DNA of 64,000 nucleotides, from the NCBI GenBank assembly GCA_963730185.1, contig CAVSQW010000014.1, positions 224,001 to 288,000 on the forward strand. Reading direction: 5' to 3'. The notes beneath the pieces are model-generated. The model saw only the letters and a list, made by a program, of their open reading frames with translations, was not told the origin of the DNA and searched no databases. Position 1 is the stretch's first letter, and every line of letters begins with the position of its first letter. Source of the stretch: an uncultured Gemmatimonadales bacterium. Its GTDB lineage: Bacteria > Gemmatimonadota > Gemmatimonadetes > Gemmatimonadales > GWC2-71-9. Below are positions 38,400 through 48,121 of the stretch, piece after piece. The position numbers and the translations under genes are program-made.

Positions 38400-38458
38400 A
38401 AAAAGACCCCCGTCCCGAGCGCGAGATCCGACCACCGGATCGGCGCTGGACGAAGGTC
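38400..38458 (-). terminator. Riboswitch expression platform: terminator competing with aptamer P1
   Basis: GACCTTCGTCC pairs with GGACGGGGGTC followed by TTTTT; its 5' arm is the 3' strand of P1. Confidence 0.7.
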
Positions 38459-38568
38459 TTGCCTGAGCGGGTCGATCCGCCCGACGCGAGTGTGCCGGCT
38501 GCTCCAGCCGACAGTCTTGACGATCGCACCGTCCGCCTGTCTCGACGGATGAGCTACTCCCCTTCCAG
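38446..38568 (-). ncRNA. yybP-ykoY manganese riboswitch aptamer
   Basis: AAGGGGAGTAGC ... CGTCAAGAC ... GGCAAGACCTT signature, P1 CTGGAAGG/CCTTCGTCCAG, upstream of terC. Confidence 0.92.
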
Positions 38569-38574
38569 GGCGGA

Positions 38575-38604
38575 ACACTACATTCCCTGGACGGGGAGTG
38601 TCAA
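38575..38604 (-). promoter_or_regulatory. Sigma70 promoter of the riboswitch-terC unit
   Basis: TTGACA-18 nt-TAGTGT ending 6 nt before the aptamer start. Confidence 0.7.
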
Positions 38605-38674
38605 TTGCGCCCCCGGAGGCCGCCGGCCGCGCTATCTTGGCTCGCGGACCCATCGCCACCTCGGAGGAGGCCCC

Positions 38675-39631
38675 ATGGACGCGAAGGATCGCGACGCGAT
38701 TACCGCCATCGCCCTCATTGCCGCGCTGGCCGACGGCAAGCGTCAGCCGGAAGAGGCGGCGGAGCTCGAGCGGATCGCGATCGAGCTGGGCGGGAGCGCC
38801 GAGTACGGGGCAATCGCCCGGCAGGTCCTGGCCGGCAAGGTCCGCCTGACCGACCTGGCCCAAGGCCTCCAGGATCCGGCGGTGCGGCAAAAGGCGTACG
38901 AAATGGCGGTCGCCGTCTGCCATGCCGACGGGGTCGCCGATGAACGGGAGAAGGCCTTCCTGGCGGACCTCCGGCTCAGTCTCCACCTCGACGATGCCGA
39001 GACCACGACCGTCCACCATGCCGCCCAGATTCTCGCGGCTACCCCGGTCTCGGCTCCCGGCCCATCGCTGGCTGACGTGCCCAGGACCACCCTTCCGAGG
39101 CCGTCGCAGGCCGGGTTACCGGTCGTCTCCGACGACGAGGCCCTCGACGACCTGATCCTCAAGACCTCGATCCTCGCGGCCGCCCTCGAGCTCCTGCCCC
39201 AGGCGCTCGCCAGCCTCGCCATCGTGCCGGTTCAGGGGCGGATGGTCTATCGGATCGGCTCGGACTTCGGACAGAGGCTCGATGCCGACCAGATCACCGA
39301 TCTGGCCGGGGTGATGGGGATCGGGGCCGCGGCGCAGGTCTTCGAAGGCACGGCCCGCCGGCTGCTGAGCGGGATGCTTGGGCACGGGGTCGGGTCGATC
39401 GCGGGCACGGCGACCGGAGGGGCTCTCACCTTCGCCGCCACCTACGCCATGGGGCATGCCGCCAAGCAGTACTACGCCCAGGGCCGCCGGCTCTCCCGGG
39501 AAGATCTCCGCGGGCTCTTCACCCGGTTCCGCGGGGAGGCCACGGAGCTCTTTCCCCGCGTCGAGGCCGCCATCCGGGAGCAGGCCAAGCGGCTCGACCT
39601 CGACGACCTGCTGCATCAGCTTCGATCCTAG
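38675..39631 (+). CDS. TerB-like (DUF533) + DUF697/YcjF-like protein
   Basis: AALADG....E and VCHADG....EKAFL TerB-type motifs; ELLPQ..AIVPVQ.RMVY.IG C-domain; GGAGG RBS. Confidence 0.8.
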   Translation: MDAKDRDAITAIALIAALADGKRQPEEAAELERIAIELGGSAEYGAIARQVLAGKVRLTDLAQGLQDPAVRQKAYEMAVAVCHADGVADEREKAFLADLRLSLHLDDAETTTVHHAAQILAATPVSAPGPSLADVPRTTLPRPSQAGLPVVSDDEALDDLILKTSILAAALELLPQALASLAIVPVQGRMVYRIGSDFGQRLDADQITDLAGVMGIGAAAQVFEGTARRLLSGMLGHGVGSIAGTATGGALTFAATYAMGHAAKQYYAQGRRLSREDLRGLFTRFRGEATELFPRVEAAIREQAKRLDLDDLLHQLRS

Positions 39632-39767
39632 CCATGGACGAGGCCGAATCCCGCCACCCGCGGTCATCGTGCATCGCTGAACGCCCCGCAACACGGTCCA
39701 TCGGGTCGGGATCGCGCCGGGGTCGCCTCCCTACGGGCAAAGACGGCGCATGACCGCGGTGCCCTCA

Positions 39768-39783
39768 TTGGAACGTTTCCTGC
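39768..39783 (+). promoter_or_regulatory. Sigma54 -24/-12 promoter candidate upstream of csbD
   Basis: TTGGAACGTTTCCTGC: GG-N10-GC. Confidence 0.6.
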
Positions 39784-39852
39784 CTTGATCCTCGGTGGCA
39801 GCCGGGGAGCGAGTCCGCGGCTCCATTACCACCAGCCTGGTAGGAGGGCGAG

Positions 39853-40074
39853 ATGGCCTGGGATCAGATCAAGGGCAACTGGAAGCAGTTCCGCGGCCGG
39901 GTCAGGGAGAAGTGGGGCGAGCTGACCGACGACGATCTGGATCGGATCGACGGCCGGCGCGAGCAGCTCGAGGGCATCATCCAGGAGCGCTACGGCAAGG
40001 CCAAGCAGGCGGTCAAGGCCGAAGTCGACGATTGGGTCGAGCGGCAGGCCGAGATCCCGAGCCGCCCTCGCTGA
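39853..40074 (+). CDS. csbD: CsbD/YjbJ family stress protein
   Basis: WDQIKGNWKQFRG.VREKWGELTDDDL..G.REQL.G.IQERYG. Confidence 0.93.
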   Translation: MAWDQIKGNWKQFRGRVREKWGELTDDDLDRIDGRREQLEGIIQERYGKAKQAVKAEVDDWVERQAEIPSRPR

Positions 40075-40148
40075 CGGATGGCACCGCGACCGTCACCGGT
40101 CGGTCGGCCCACGGGTCAGCGGCCGGGCTCCCGCGGCGGAGCCCACTG

Positions 40149-40559
40149 ATGCCGAGCGTCAGTTGGTACGCCACCCTGGCCAAGGCTGCGGCTCGGTATG
40201 CCGGCCGCCCGGTGACGTTCGCGATCGCCCTCGTCGCCATCCTGGCGTGGGCGGCCGCCGGACCGGTCTTCCATTTCAGCGATACCTGGCAGCTGGTGAT
40301 CAATACGAGCACCACGATCGTCACCTTCCTGATGGTCTTCCTCATTCAGAACACCCAGGGTCGCGATACGGCTGCCATCCAGGTCAAGCTGGACGAGCTG
40401 ATCCGGGTCACTTCCGGGGCCCACAACGCCCTCCTCGATCTCGAGGAGCTCGACGAGCAGGCGCTGGACGCCTTCCGGGACCGGTACGCGGCGCTGGCCG
40501 ATCGGGCCCGGACGGAGTTGGCCGGCGGCCTGGCCGATACCGATACGCCCGCCGCATGA
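40149..40559 (+). CDS. Low-affinity iron permease (Fet4-like) family protein
   Basis: FSDTWQLVINTSTTIVTFLMVFLIQNTQ.RD..AIQVKLDELI. Confidence 0.9.
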   Translation: MPSVSWYATLAKAAARYAGRPVTFAIALVAILAWAAAGPVFHFSDTWQLVINTSTTIVTFLMVFLIQNTQGRDTAAIQVKLDELIRVTSGAHNALLDLEELDEQALDAFRDRYAALADRARTELAGGLADTDTPAA

Positions 40560-41848
40560 CCACCGCCGCGCCGCCCAGTGTGCCGCCCGGGCGGGCGAGG
40601 GCCCGCGCCGCCTGGATCCGGCAGCTCCGGACCGGGCGCCCGATCTGGGAGCGCACCCGTCTCAAGCCCCTACCGACGGAAGTCCTCGAGCGGGACGTCA
40701 CCACCGACGCGCTGGTGGTCGGCGCCGGCATCTCGGGGGCGGTCGTGGCGGAGTCCCTGGTCAGCGCCGGGCTTCGGGTGCGGGTCGTCGACCGCCTGGC
40801 GCCGGCCCACGGGTCGACCGTCGCCTCGACCGCCCTGTTGCTCTACGCGACCGACCGGCCGCTGGCCGAGCTGAGTCGGGACCTGGGGCGGGACCGAGCG
40901 GAGCGAGCCTGGCGTCGCTCCCACCTGGCCGTGGCCGCCCTCCGCGAGCGGAGCGAGCGGCTTGGCCTTCTCGCCGATGTTCAGCCCCGACCGAGCCTCT
41001 ACCTCGAGGGGACCGAGCTCGACGCCGCAGGATTGGCGGCGGAAGCTCGCGAGCGCCGGCGGGCCGGCTTCGACTGCGAGGTGCTGGCGCCTTTCGAGGT
41101 CGAGACGCGGACCGGAGTCGCTGGCCGGGCGGCGCTCCTCGGCTTCGGGGCCATGACCGCCGACCCGCGTCGGCTGGCGGTCGGTTTTCTCCGGCGAGCC
41201 ATCGAAGGCGGCGGCGTGCTGCACACGCCGGTGGACGTTGTCGGAGTTGCTCCGGGTCCGGACCACGTCCTCGCCGCCACCCGGCATGGACCGACCATCC
41301 GGGCTCGTCATCTGGTCTATGCGACCGGCTACGACTTGCCCGACGGCGTGCCGAACGATGGCCATCGGGTGGTCTCGACCTGGGTCATCACGACCCGGCC
41401 CCAGCGGAACGGCCTCTGGTGGCGGCGCAGTCTGATCTGGGAAGCGAGCCGGCCATATCTCTATCTCCGGACCGGCCCGGGGCGGCGGGTCATCTGTGGC
41501 GGCGAAGACGAGTGCGTGGCCGACCCGGCGGCGCGAGACGCACTTCTGCCCGCCAAGACCAGAGCGCTGATGGACCGCCTGGCATCCCTGTTCCCTCACC
41601 TCGACCCGACGCCCGAGTGCGCCTGGGGCGCGAGCTTCGGCGATTCGGCGTCCGGATTGCCGACCATCGGCGCGGTTCCGGGGGCGCCGCGATGCTATGC
41701 GCTCCTGGGCTACGGGGGCAACGGGATCACTTTTGCCATGCTGGGTGCCCAGATCCTCCGCGGGTTGATCACCGGTGACGGCGACGCCGACGCGGATCTG
41801 TTCGCCTTCGGGAGCCACCCGGGTCAGGCCGGGCCGGAGGCGTCGTGA
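40556..41848 (+). CDS. FAD-dependent oxidoreductase (DadA/PuuB-like)
   Basis: VVGAGISG, GSTVASTALL, ATGY, GLPTIG, GYGGNGITF; ATGA overlap with upstream gene. Confidence 0.88.
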   Translation: MTTAAPPSVPPGRARARAAWIRQLRTGRPIWERTRLKPLPTEVLERDVTTDALVVGAGISGAVVAESLVSAGLRVRVVDRLAPAHGSTVASTALLLYATDRPLAELSRDLGRDRAERAWRRSHLAVAALRERSERLGLLADVQPRPSLYLEGTELDAAGLAAEARERRRAGFDCEVLAPFEVETRTGVAGRAALLGFGAMTADPRRLAVGFLRRAIEGGGVLHTPVDVVGVAPGPDHVLAATRHGPTIRARHLVYATGYDLPDGVPNDGHRVVSTWVITTRPQRNGLWWRRSLIWEASRPYLYLRTGPGRRVICGGEDECVADPAARDALLPAKTRALMDRLASLFPHLDPTPECAWGASFGDSASGLPTIGAVPGAPRCYALLGYGGNGITFAMLGAQILRGLITGDGDADADLFAFGSHPGQAGPEAS

Positions 41849-41849
41849 C

Positions 41850-43265
<1,416 letters not shown>

Positions 43266-43515
43266 GCTTCCTCCCCAATTGGACGGACTGCCAAGGTGAC
43301 GCCGCCGCTGGAGCGAAGCTGCACAGCGGCCGACGTCGGGTCCGTCGACAGGCGTGACCCGGGATGCGCTCCGAGTCGCCGCGAGATCTCATGTGGTCGC
43401 GACGAGGCCGATCGCCGTCACCGAGATGGATGGACGGACACCGCCGACTCGTGTCGTCGAACGTCGGACGGCCGGGTTTGGCGATCCATATCTCCTGAGA
43501 GATAGGAGGAGCGAC

Positions 43516-43815
43516 ATGTCACCCCAATGGTCGGAGAAGGACCAGCGGCAATTCGAGCACGTGAAGGAGTCGGAGCTGGAGCTGGGGCGGACCCCGAGTC
43601 GGGCCAAGGCCATCGCGGGCCGCACCGTCAATCAGCATCGGCGACGAGAGGGGCGCACGCCGAGCCGACGCAGCCAGGGCACCGGTAATCCGAGCGCGGC
43701 CCTCGAAGAGCGCACCGCCAACCAACTCCGAAACCGAGCCCGCCAGCTGGGGATCGAGGGCCGGAGCGAGATGAGCAAGGCCGAGCTGGTCGCCGCGATT
43801 CGCCGGCACGGCTGA
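43516..43815 (+). CDS. Small basic stress-associated protein with Rho-N-terminal-like domain
   Basis: WSEKDQRQFEHVK..AKAIAGRTVN; LGIEGRSEMSKAELV; AGGAGG RBS. Confidence 0.8.
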   Translation: MSPQWSEKDQRQFEHVKESELELGRTPSRAKAIAGRTVNQHRRREGRTPSRRSQGTGNPSAALEERTANQLRNRARQLGIEGRSEMSKAELVAAIRRHG

Positions 43816-43919
43816 TCCACCGGCGCTCGTGCGTTCCGGTCCGGATCGAAACACGGAGTCGGGCGGTGCCGGTGCTGCAGAGCGAGGCTTCCGCGGGGAG
43901 AACGGCCAGTCGGGACGAG

Positions 43920-43934
43920 TGGCCTTCGCTTTGC
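43920..43934 (+). promoter_or_regulatory. Sigma54 -24/-12 promoter candidate
   Basis: TGGCCTTCGCTTTGC: GG-N10-GC with TTGC, 40 nt before ATG 43975. Confidence 0.6.
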
Positions 43935-43974
43935 CAGGATGGCGCGCTTCGGACTTCATCGACGGGAGGTGGGC

Positions 43975-44373
43975 ATGCAATGGATCATCGCGGCGGGGGT
44001 CGCGGTACTGATGGCGGGCGGAGCGGCTCGAGTGAGCGCTCAAACGGTGGCGCCGCGGGACCTCGGTGCGCCGGCGAACACCTCCCCGGCGAGACCGGGT
44101 GGTGAGCCCCGGTGGACCGCCCCGGACTCGACCGGCGGGTCGGGACCGACCGAGCCGCGGGGCATTCGCCGGGCGTGGACCCCGCTGGCGCCGGGCACCC
44201 ACGTCGCGAGCCAGGACACGGTCTTCGTCGCGCATCCCAGCCGCCGCGGACCTCTGGCCCTCCTCATCGCCGGCGGCGCCGGGGTGGTCGCGGGTCTGAT
44301 CGCCGACGAGTCGACGATCACCATCGTCAGTGCCGGCATCGCCGGGGTAGGTCTGTATCTGTTGGTGCGTTGA
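43975..44373 (+). CDS. Hypothetical exported protein with C-terminal membrane hairpin
   Basis: GGAGGT RBS, signal peptide MQWIIAAGVAVL..VSA, two C-terminal hydrophobic segments. Confidence 0.65.
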   Translation: MQWIIAAGVAVLMAGGAARVSAQTVAPRDLGAPANTSPARPGGEPRWTAPDSTGGSGPTEPRGIRRAWTPLAPGTHVASQDTVFVAHPSRRGPLALLIAGGAGVVAGLIADESTITIVSAGIAGVGLYLLVR

Positions 44374-44404
44374 TCGAATCACCCTCATGGAAGGGACGGG
44401 ACTC

Positions 44405-44953
44405 ATGTCCAGCAAGGCAGTCTTCGGGCTCTACGCCAGCCGACTCCAGGTCGAGCGGGCGGTCGACACGCTCCGCGCGGCCGGATTTCGGCCCGGTGAC
44501 GTTTCGGTCCTGATGCCGACCGACGAATCCACCAAGGACTTCGCTCACGAGAAGAACACCAAGGCGCCGGAAGGCACGGCGGCGGGTGGTCTGACCGGCG
44601 GCCTGGCGGGCGGCACGCTGGGGTGGCTGGCTGGCATCGGCGCGTTCGCCATTCCGGGTCTGGGTCCGCTGGTGGCGGCCGGCCCGATCGTCGCCATGCT
44701 CACGGGCGTGGGCGTCGGCGCCGCGGTGGGCGGTCTGACGGGCGCGCTCGTCGGCCTCGGGATTCCCGAGTTCGAAGCCAAGCGCTACGAGGGTCTGGTG
44801 CGGGGCGGGCGGATCCTCCTTTCGGTGCACGCCGACGACCCCAACTGGCGGGCCAAGGCGACCGCGATCCTCGAGGCCACCGGCGCGGAGGATGTCGCTT
44901 CCGCATCGGAGCCGGCGGGCGACATCCCCGCCTCACGGATGAAGGTGCGATAG
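44405..44953 (+). CDS. General stress protein (YflT/17M-like, glycine zipper)
   Basis: AVFGLY..AVDTLRAAGF, KNTKAPEG, IPGLGPLVAAGPI, LGIPEFEAKRYEG. Confidence 0.85.
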   Translation: MSSKAVFGLYASRLQVERAVDTLRAAGFRPGDVSVLMPTDESTKDFAHEKNTKAPEGTAAGGLTGGLAGGTLGWLAGIGAFAIPGLGPLVAAGPIVAMLTGVGVGAAVGGLTGALVGLGIPEFEAKRYEGLVRGGRILLSVHADDPNWRAKATAILEATGAEDVASASEPAGDIPASRMKVR

Positions 44954-44996
44954 CTACCCGACCGGTACCCGCCGGTCGACTCCACGGGAGGAGATT

Positions 44997-45146
44997 ATGC
45001 TCGAGACCATTGCTGTCCTGCTGATCGTGCTGTGGCTGCTGGGGATGGTGTCGTCCTACACGCTGGGCGGGTTCATCCACATCCTGCTGGTCATCGCGCT
45101 GGTCGTGATCGTGATCCGCGTGATCCAGGGGCGACGAGTGGTATGA
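44997..45146 (+). CDS. lmo0937-family (DUF5670) small membrane protein, 49 aa (absent from the ORF track)
   Basis: MLETIAVLLIVLWLLGMVSSYTLGGFIHILLVIALVVIVIRVIQGRRVV; GGAGGAG RBS. Confidence 0.9.
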   Translation: MLETIAVLLIVLWLLGMVSSYTLGGFIHILLVIALVVIVIRVIQGRRVV

Positions 45147-46147
45147 CGGCGACCAGTCGTCGCCGCCAATCGGCGATGGTAGCGATCGGGGACCGGGAGG
45201 GCGGCCGAGCGGGGGGGGCGGAGCCTCCCCTCGCCACCCGTTCCAGGAACCCGCCGGAGGCCGAGCGGCCGGGACCGGTCGCGACCGGCCGGCTGGCGAA
45301 GCCCGGCCGGAACTATCCGCTGGCCGAGGTCCCGCCGGCCGCTCCGATGGTCGGAACCGTGCTGGTCGTGCTCGACGAGGGCTCGATCCTCGGCGGCGCG
45401 CTTGCCTACGGAGTGGGCATTGCCAGGCGGGCCAAGGCCAGTCTGCGCCTCCTCCCGATGGTCGCGCCGGCCGGAGCGACGGGAGGGCCCCGGGAAGCGG
45501 ACCAGGGCGCCGCGGAAAGATCGGCATCCCCGTTGGGGTCGATCGTTCGGGCCGTCGAGCGGGCTTGGCCGGATCTGGTCGTCATGGCGGCGAGCCAGGA
45601 TCGGACCGAGGCCGCGCCCCGAGTGCCGGCGGTCGCCGAGTACGTGGTCCGGTCGATGGGCGTCCCGGTATTGTTGACCCCACCCGGTCTCGGGCGAGTT
45701 CCGGTGCCGCCCCCCCGCCCGCTCCGCCGGATCCTGGTGGCGCTCGACGGCATGCGAGGTGCGGAGGTCGCCGTTGCCTGGTCCTCGACCCTCGCCATGA
45801 TCCTGCAGGGTCACGTCACTCTCTATCAGGTGGTGGAGCCCGATCCGGACGACCTCGATGTGCCCAATGCCAAGCTCGAGGAACGGAGACGATCGGCGGC
45901 GCGCTACCTCGACGGGCTGGCGGACCAGATCCGGGCGCGAGGCGTGCCCAGCGCCGCCTATGCCGACGTCGGGTTCTATCCCGCCAAGCGGATCGTGGAG
46001 TCGCTCGAACGGCGCTACGACATGGCGGTCATGGTCTTCCGGACCGACTCACCGCGGGGTGATTGCGACTGCGAGCCGGCGCGAGCCGTCATCGGGGGCG
46101 GCGGCCGGCCCGTCGTGCTGGTCCCGGCCGCGGCTCCGCCGGCCTAA
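45143..46147 (+). CDS. Tandem universal stress protein, divergent; start uncertain
   Basis: VLVVLD, DLVVMA, VAEYVVR..PVLL, RRILVALDG, RPVVLVP; ATGA overlap with upstream gene. Confidence 0.75.
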   Translation: MTATSRRRQSAMVAIGDREGGRAGGAEPPLATRSRNPPEAERPGPVATGRLAKPGRNYPLAEVPPAAPMVGTVLVVLDEGSILGGALAYGVGIARRAKASLRLLPMVAPAGATGGPREADQGAAERSASPLGSIVRAVERAWPDLVVMAASQDRTEAAPRVPAVAEYVVRSMGVPVLLTPPGLGRVPVPPPRPLRRILVALDGMRGAEVAVAWSSTLAMILQGHVTLYQVVEPDPDDLDVPNAKLEERRRSAARYLDGLADQIRARGVPSAAYADVGFYPAKRIVESLERRYDMAVMVFRTDSPRGDCDCEPARAVIGGGGRPVVLVPAAAPPA

Positions 46148-46173
46148 CCGGCCGGCCGAGCCGCAACCCGACC

Positions 46174-46689
46174 TCAGCCGCGCGCACCGACATCCGGTGG
46201 ATCTTCGCCGAGGGCGGTCGCCAGATCGACGAGGTGCTCCTGCTCGTCCTTCAGGATCTCGCGGACGTGCTGGGCGATCGCGTGCTCGCCCAGGGCCTCG
46301 CACTGGCGAACCCGTTCCCGGTAGGCCCGGATGGTGTTCGCCTCGTTCTCGAGATCGAACCGCAGCATGGCGGCGGGATCGTCCGAGGTCCGCACCGGCT
46401 TGGGCTCGACCGCGGGGTCACCACCCAGGTAATCGATTTGCCCGGCGATCCTGAGGGCGTGCTGCAGCTCCTGGGCGGCATGGCGCTCGAGCTCCTTCGC
46501 GATCGCCATGTACTCCGCCCCTTTCATGACTTGGGAATAGCAGACGTAGGCGATGATCGCCTGGTATTCGCGGCTGAGGTCCTCGTTGAGGTCCCTGATG
46601 AGGGACGCCCGGTCGATGCCGGGGGCCCGCGTTGCCGTGGTAGCTGGTTGGGTCCGGCTCGTGGCCGGCGCCGCGCGACGTGACGCCAT
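46174..46689 (-). CDS. Ferritin-like / bacterioferritin-family protein
   Basis: EYQAIIAY, ELQH, ENE...Y, DEQEH di-iron ligands; GAGGAG RBS. Confidence 0.88.
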   Translation of the reverse strand: MASRRAAPATSRTQPATTATRAPGIDRASLIRDLNEDLSREYQAIIAYVCYSQVMKGAEYMAIAKELERHAAQELQHALRIAGQIDYLGGDPAVEPKPVRTSDDPAAMLRFDLENEANTIRAYRERVRQCEALGEHAIAQHVREILKDEQEHLVDLATALGEDPPDVGARG

Positions 46690-46843
46690 GAGCGTCTCCT
46701 CGGTAGGAATGGTTCCGCCGGGGCTCCGATCGAGCCGGCGGTTCAGGAGAAGATTCGAGAGTGGCCCAGCAGCCCCCGAGCCCCTGTCCGGTCGAGCCGA
46801 TGACCGGCGTCGGCCGGGGCCGCGGGAGCTGAGATTCGGAAGG

Positions 46844-46858
46844 GCAATCGACGTGCCG
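46844..46858 (-). promoter_or_regulatory. Sigma54 -24/-12 promoter upstream of the ferritin-like gene
   Basis: CGGCACGTCGATTGC, near-consensus TGGCACG-N4-TTGC. Confidence 0.75.
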
Positions 46859-46953
46859 GGCGGATGCCCGGGGTCGGCGTTGTTCGGCGCCGACGAGATT
46901 GTTGCAGAACCGACCCAGCCGCACGCTGGCGGCTCGGCCCGTCGGCCCGGCGG

Positions 46954-48108
46954 CTACCGCCGGCCAGGCACGGCCGCCAGGAACATCTCCGCAATCGTCG
47001 GCCCCGCGTCCACGAAGGTGAAATCGCTATTCACCAGGAGTGAGAGAATCAGGTCCTGGTCCGGGTAGATCACCACGAAGGCCGTCCCCCCCACCGACCC
47101 GCCGGAGTGGAACACCCGGCGGCGGCCCGCCTGGTCGGTGTCCACGAACCAGCCGATCCCGTAGTTCGTCGCCTTGCCCGAGGTGAGGTGCTGGGGCGTC
47201 CAGAGGAGCCGCACCGTCTCCGGACGGAGCAACCGGCCGTGGAGCAGGTCGTCGGCCAGGCCGGCCAGGTCCTCGGTGGTCGAGAGGAAGCCCCCACCGG
47301 CCCACTTGTAGCTGTTGTCGGTGAAGGGTGCGTTGACGATCCCACCCGTGGGCGAGGTCCGGGTGTACCAACGGGCCCGGTGCGGCACGATGCTGTCCAC
47401 CTGGTCCGCCCCGGTGTGTCGCATCCCGGCCGGGTGGAACACCGCCCGGTCCATGTAGGTGAGGTAGTCCTCGCCGGCGGCCGCCTGGACCACCGCGCTC
47501 AGCAGGTTCCAGCCGTAGGACGAGTACGCCCACTTGGTGCCGGGCTCGAAGTCGAGGGTGTCGTCCGCGAACACCTCCAGCGACTTCACCACGTCGGTGT
47601 AGTGCCGGTAGCTGATGTTCTCTTCCTCGCGCCGGTAGTGACGGATGCCGCTCAGGTGCCCAGCTACTTCGCGCACGGTCACCGGCCACCGCTTCTTCGG
47701 GAAGGTCGGCACGTAGCGCTGTACCTCGGCGTCCAGGTCGAGCTTGCCCTCCTCCACCAGCCGTCCGATCGCGATCGAGGTGAGCGACTTCGACACGCTG
47801 CCCACCCGGAAGCGGGTGAGCGGAGTGACGGGCACCTCCTCCTCCAGGTCGGCGTATCCGAAGCCGGCGCTCCAGATCACCCGGCCACCCTGGATCACCG
47901 TGATCGACGCGCCGGGCGCGCCCAGGGCCGCCATGGTGTCGCGGATGAAGGCGGAGGCCCGGCCGATGGCGCCGGCGTAGGGCGTGGGCTCGCCGGCCAC
48001 GGCCGGAGCGGGTCGCTGGGCCAGGAGCGCCGTCGGCCCGGCCAGGGCGAGCAGGCCCGCCAGCGGCAGCAGCGCCAGGTGGCGTCGGTTCCGCGGAATG
48101 GAATCCAT
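46954..48108 (-). CDS. Secreted serine hydrolase (beta-lactamase-related)
   Basis: SVSK, HLSGIRHY, YSSYG, KWAGGG, HSG; signal peptide. Confidence 0.9.
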   Translation of the reverse strand: MDSIPRNRRHLALLPLAGLLALAGPTALLAQRPAPAVAGEPTPYAGAIGRASAFIRDTMAALGAPGASITVIQGGRVIWSAGFGYADLEEEVPVTPLTRFRVGSVSKSLTSIAIGRLVEEGKLDLDAEVQRYVPTFPKKRWPVTVREVAGHLSGIRHYRREEENISYRHYTDVVKSLEVFADDTLDFEPGTKWAYSSYGWNLLSAVVQAAAGEDYLTYMDRAVFHPAGMRHTGADQVDSIVPHRARWYTRTSPTGGIVNAPFTDNSYKWAGGGFLSTTEDLAGLADDLLHGRLLRPETVRLLWTPQHLTSGKATNYGIGWFVDTDQAGRRRVFHSGGSVGGTAFVVIYPDQDLILSLLVNSDFTFVDAGPTIAEMFLAAVPGRR

Positions 48109-48121
48109 GAAGGAGCCTCGG

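Noticed and set aside
37139..38674. Apparent 830-aa ORF 37139..39631
   Set aside because: The first 512 codons are antisense to terC, the riboswitch and the leader; the real gene starts at 38675 after a GGAGG RBS.
43266..43515. Further GG-N10-GC matches between the activator and the Rho-N gene
   Set aside because: They lack the TGGCAC and TTGC context; such matches are frequent by chance in GC-rich DNA.
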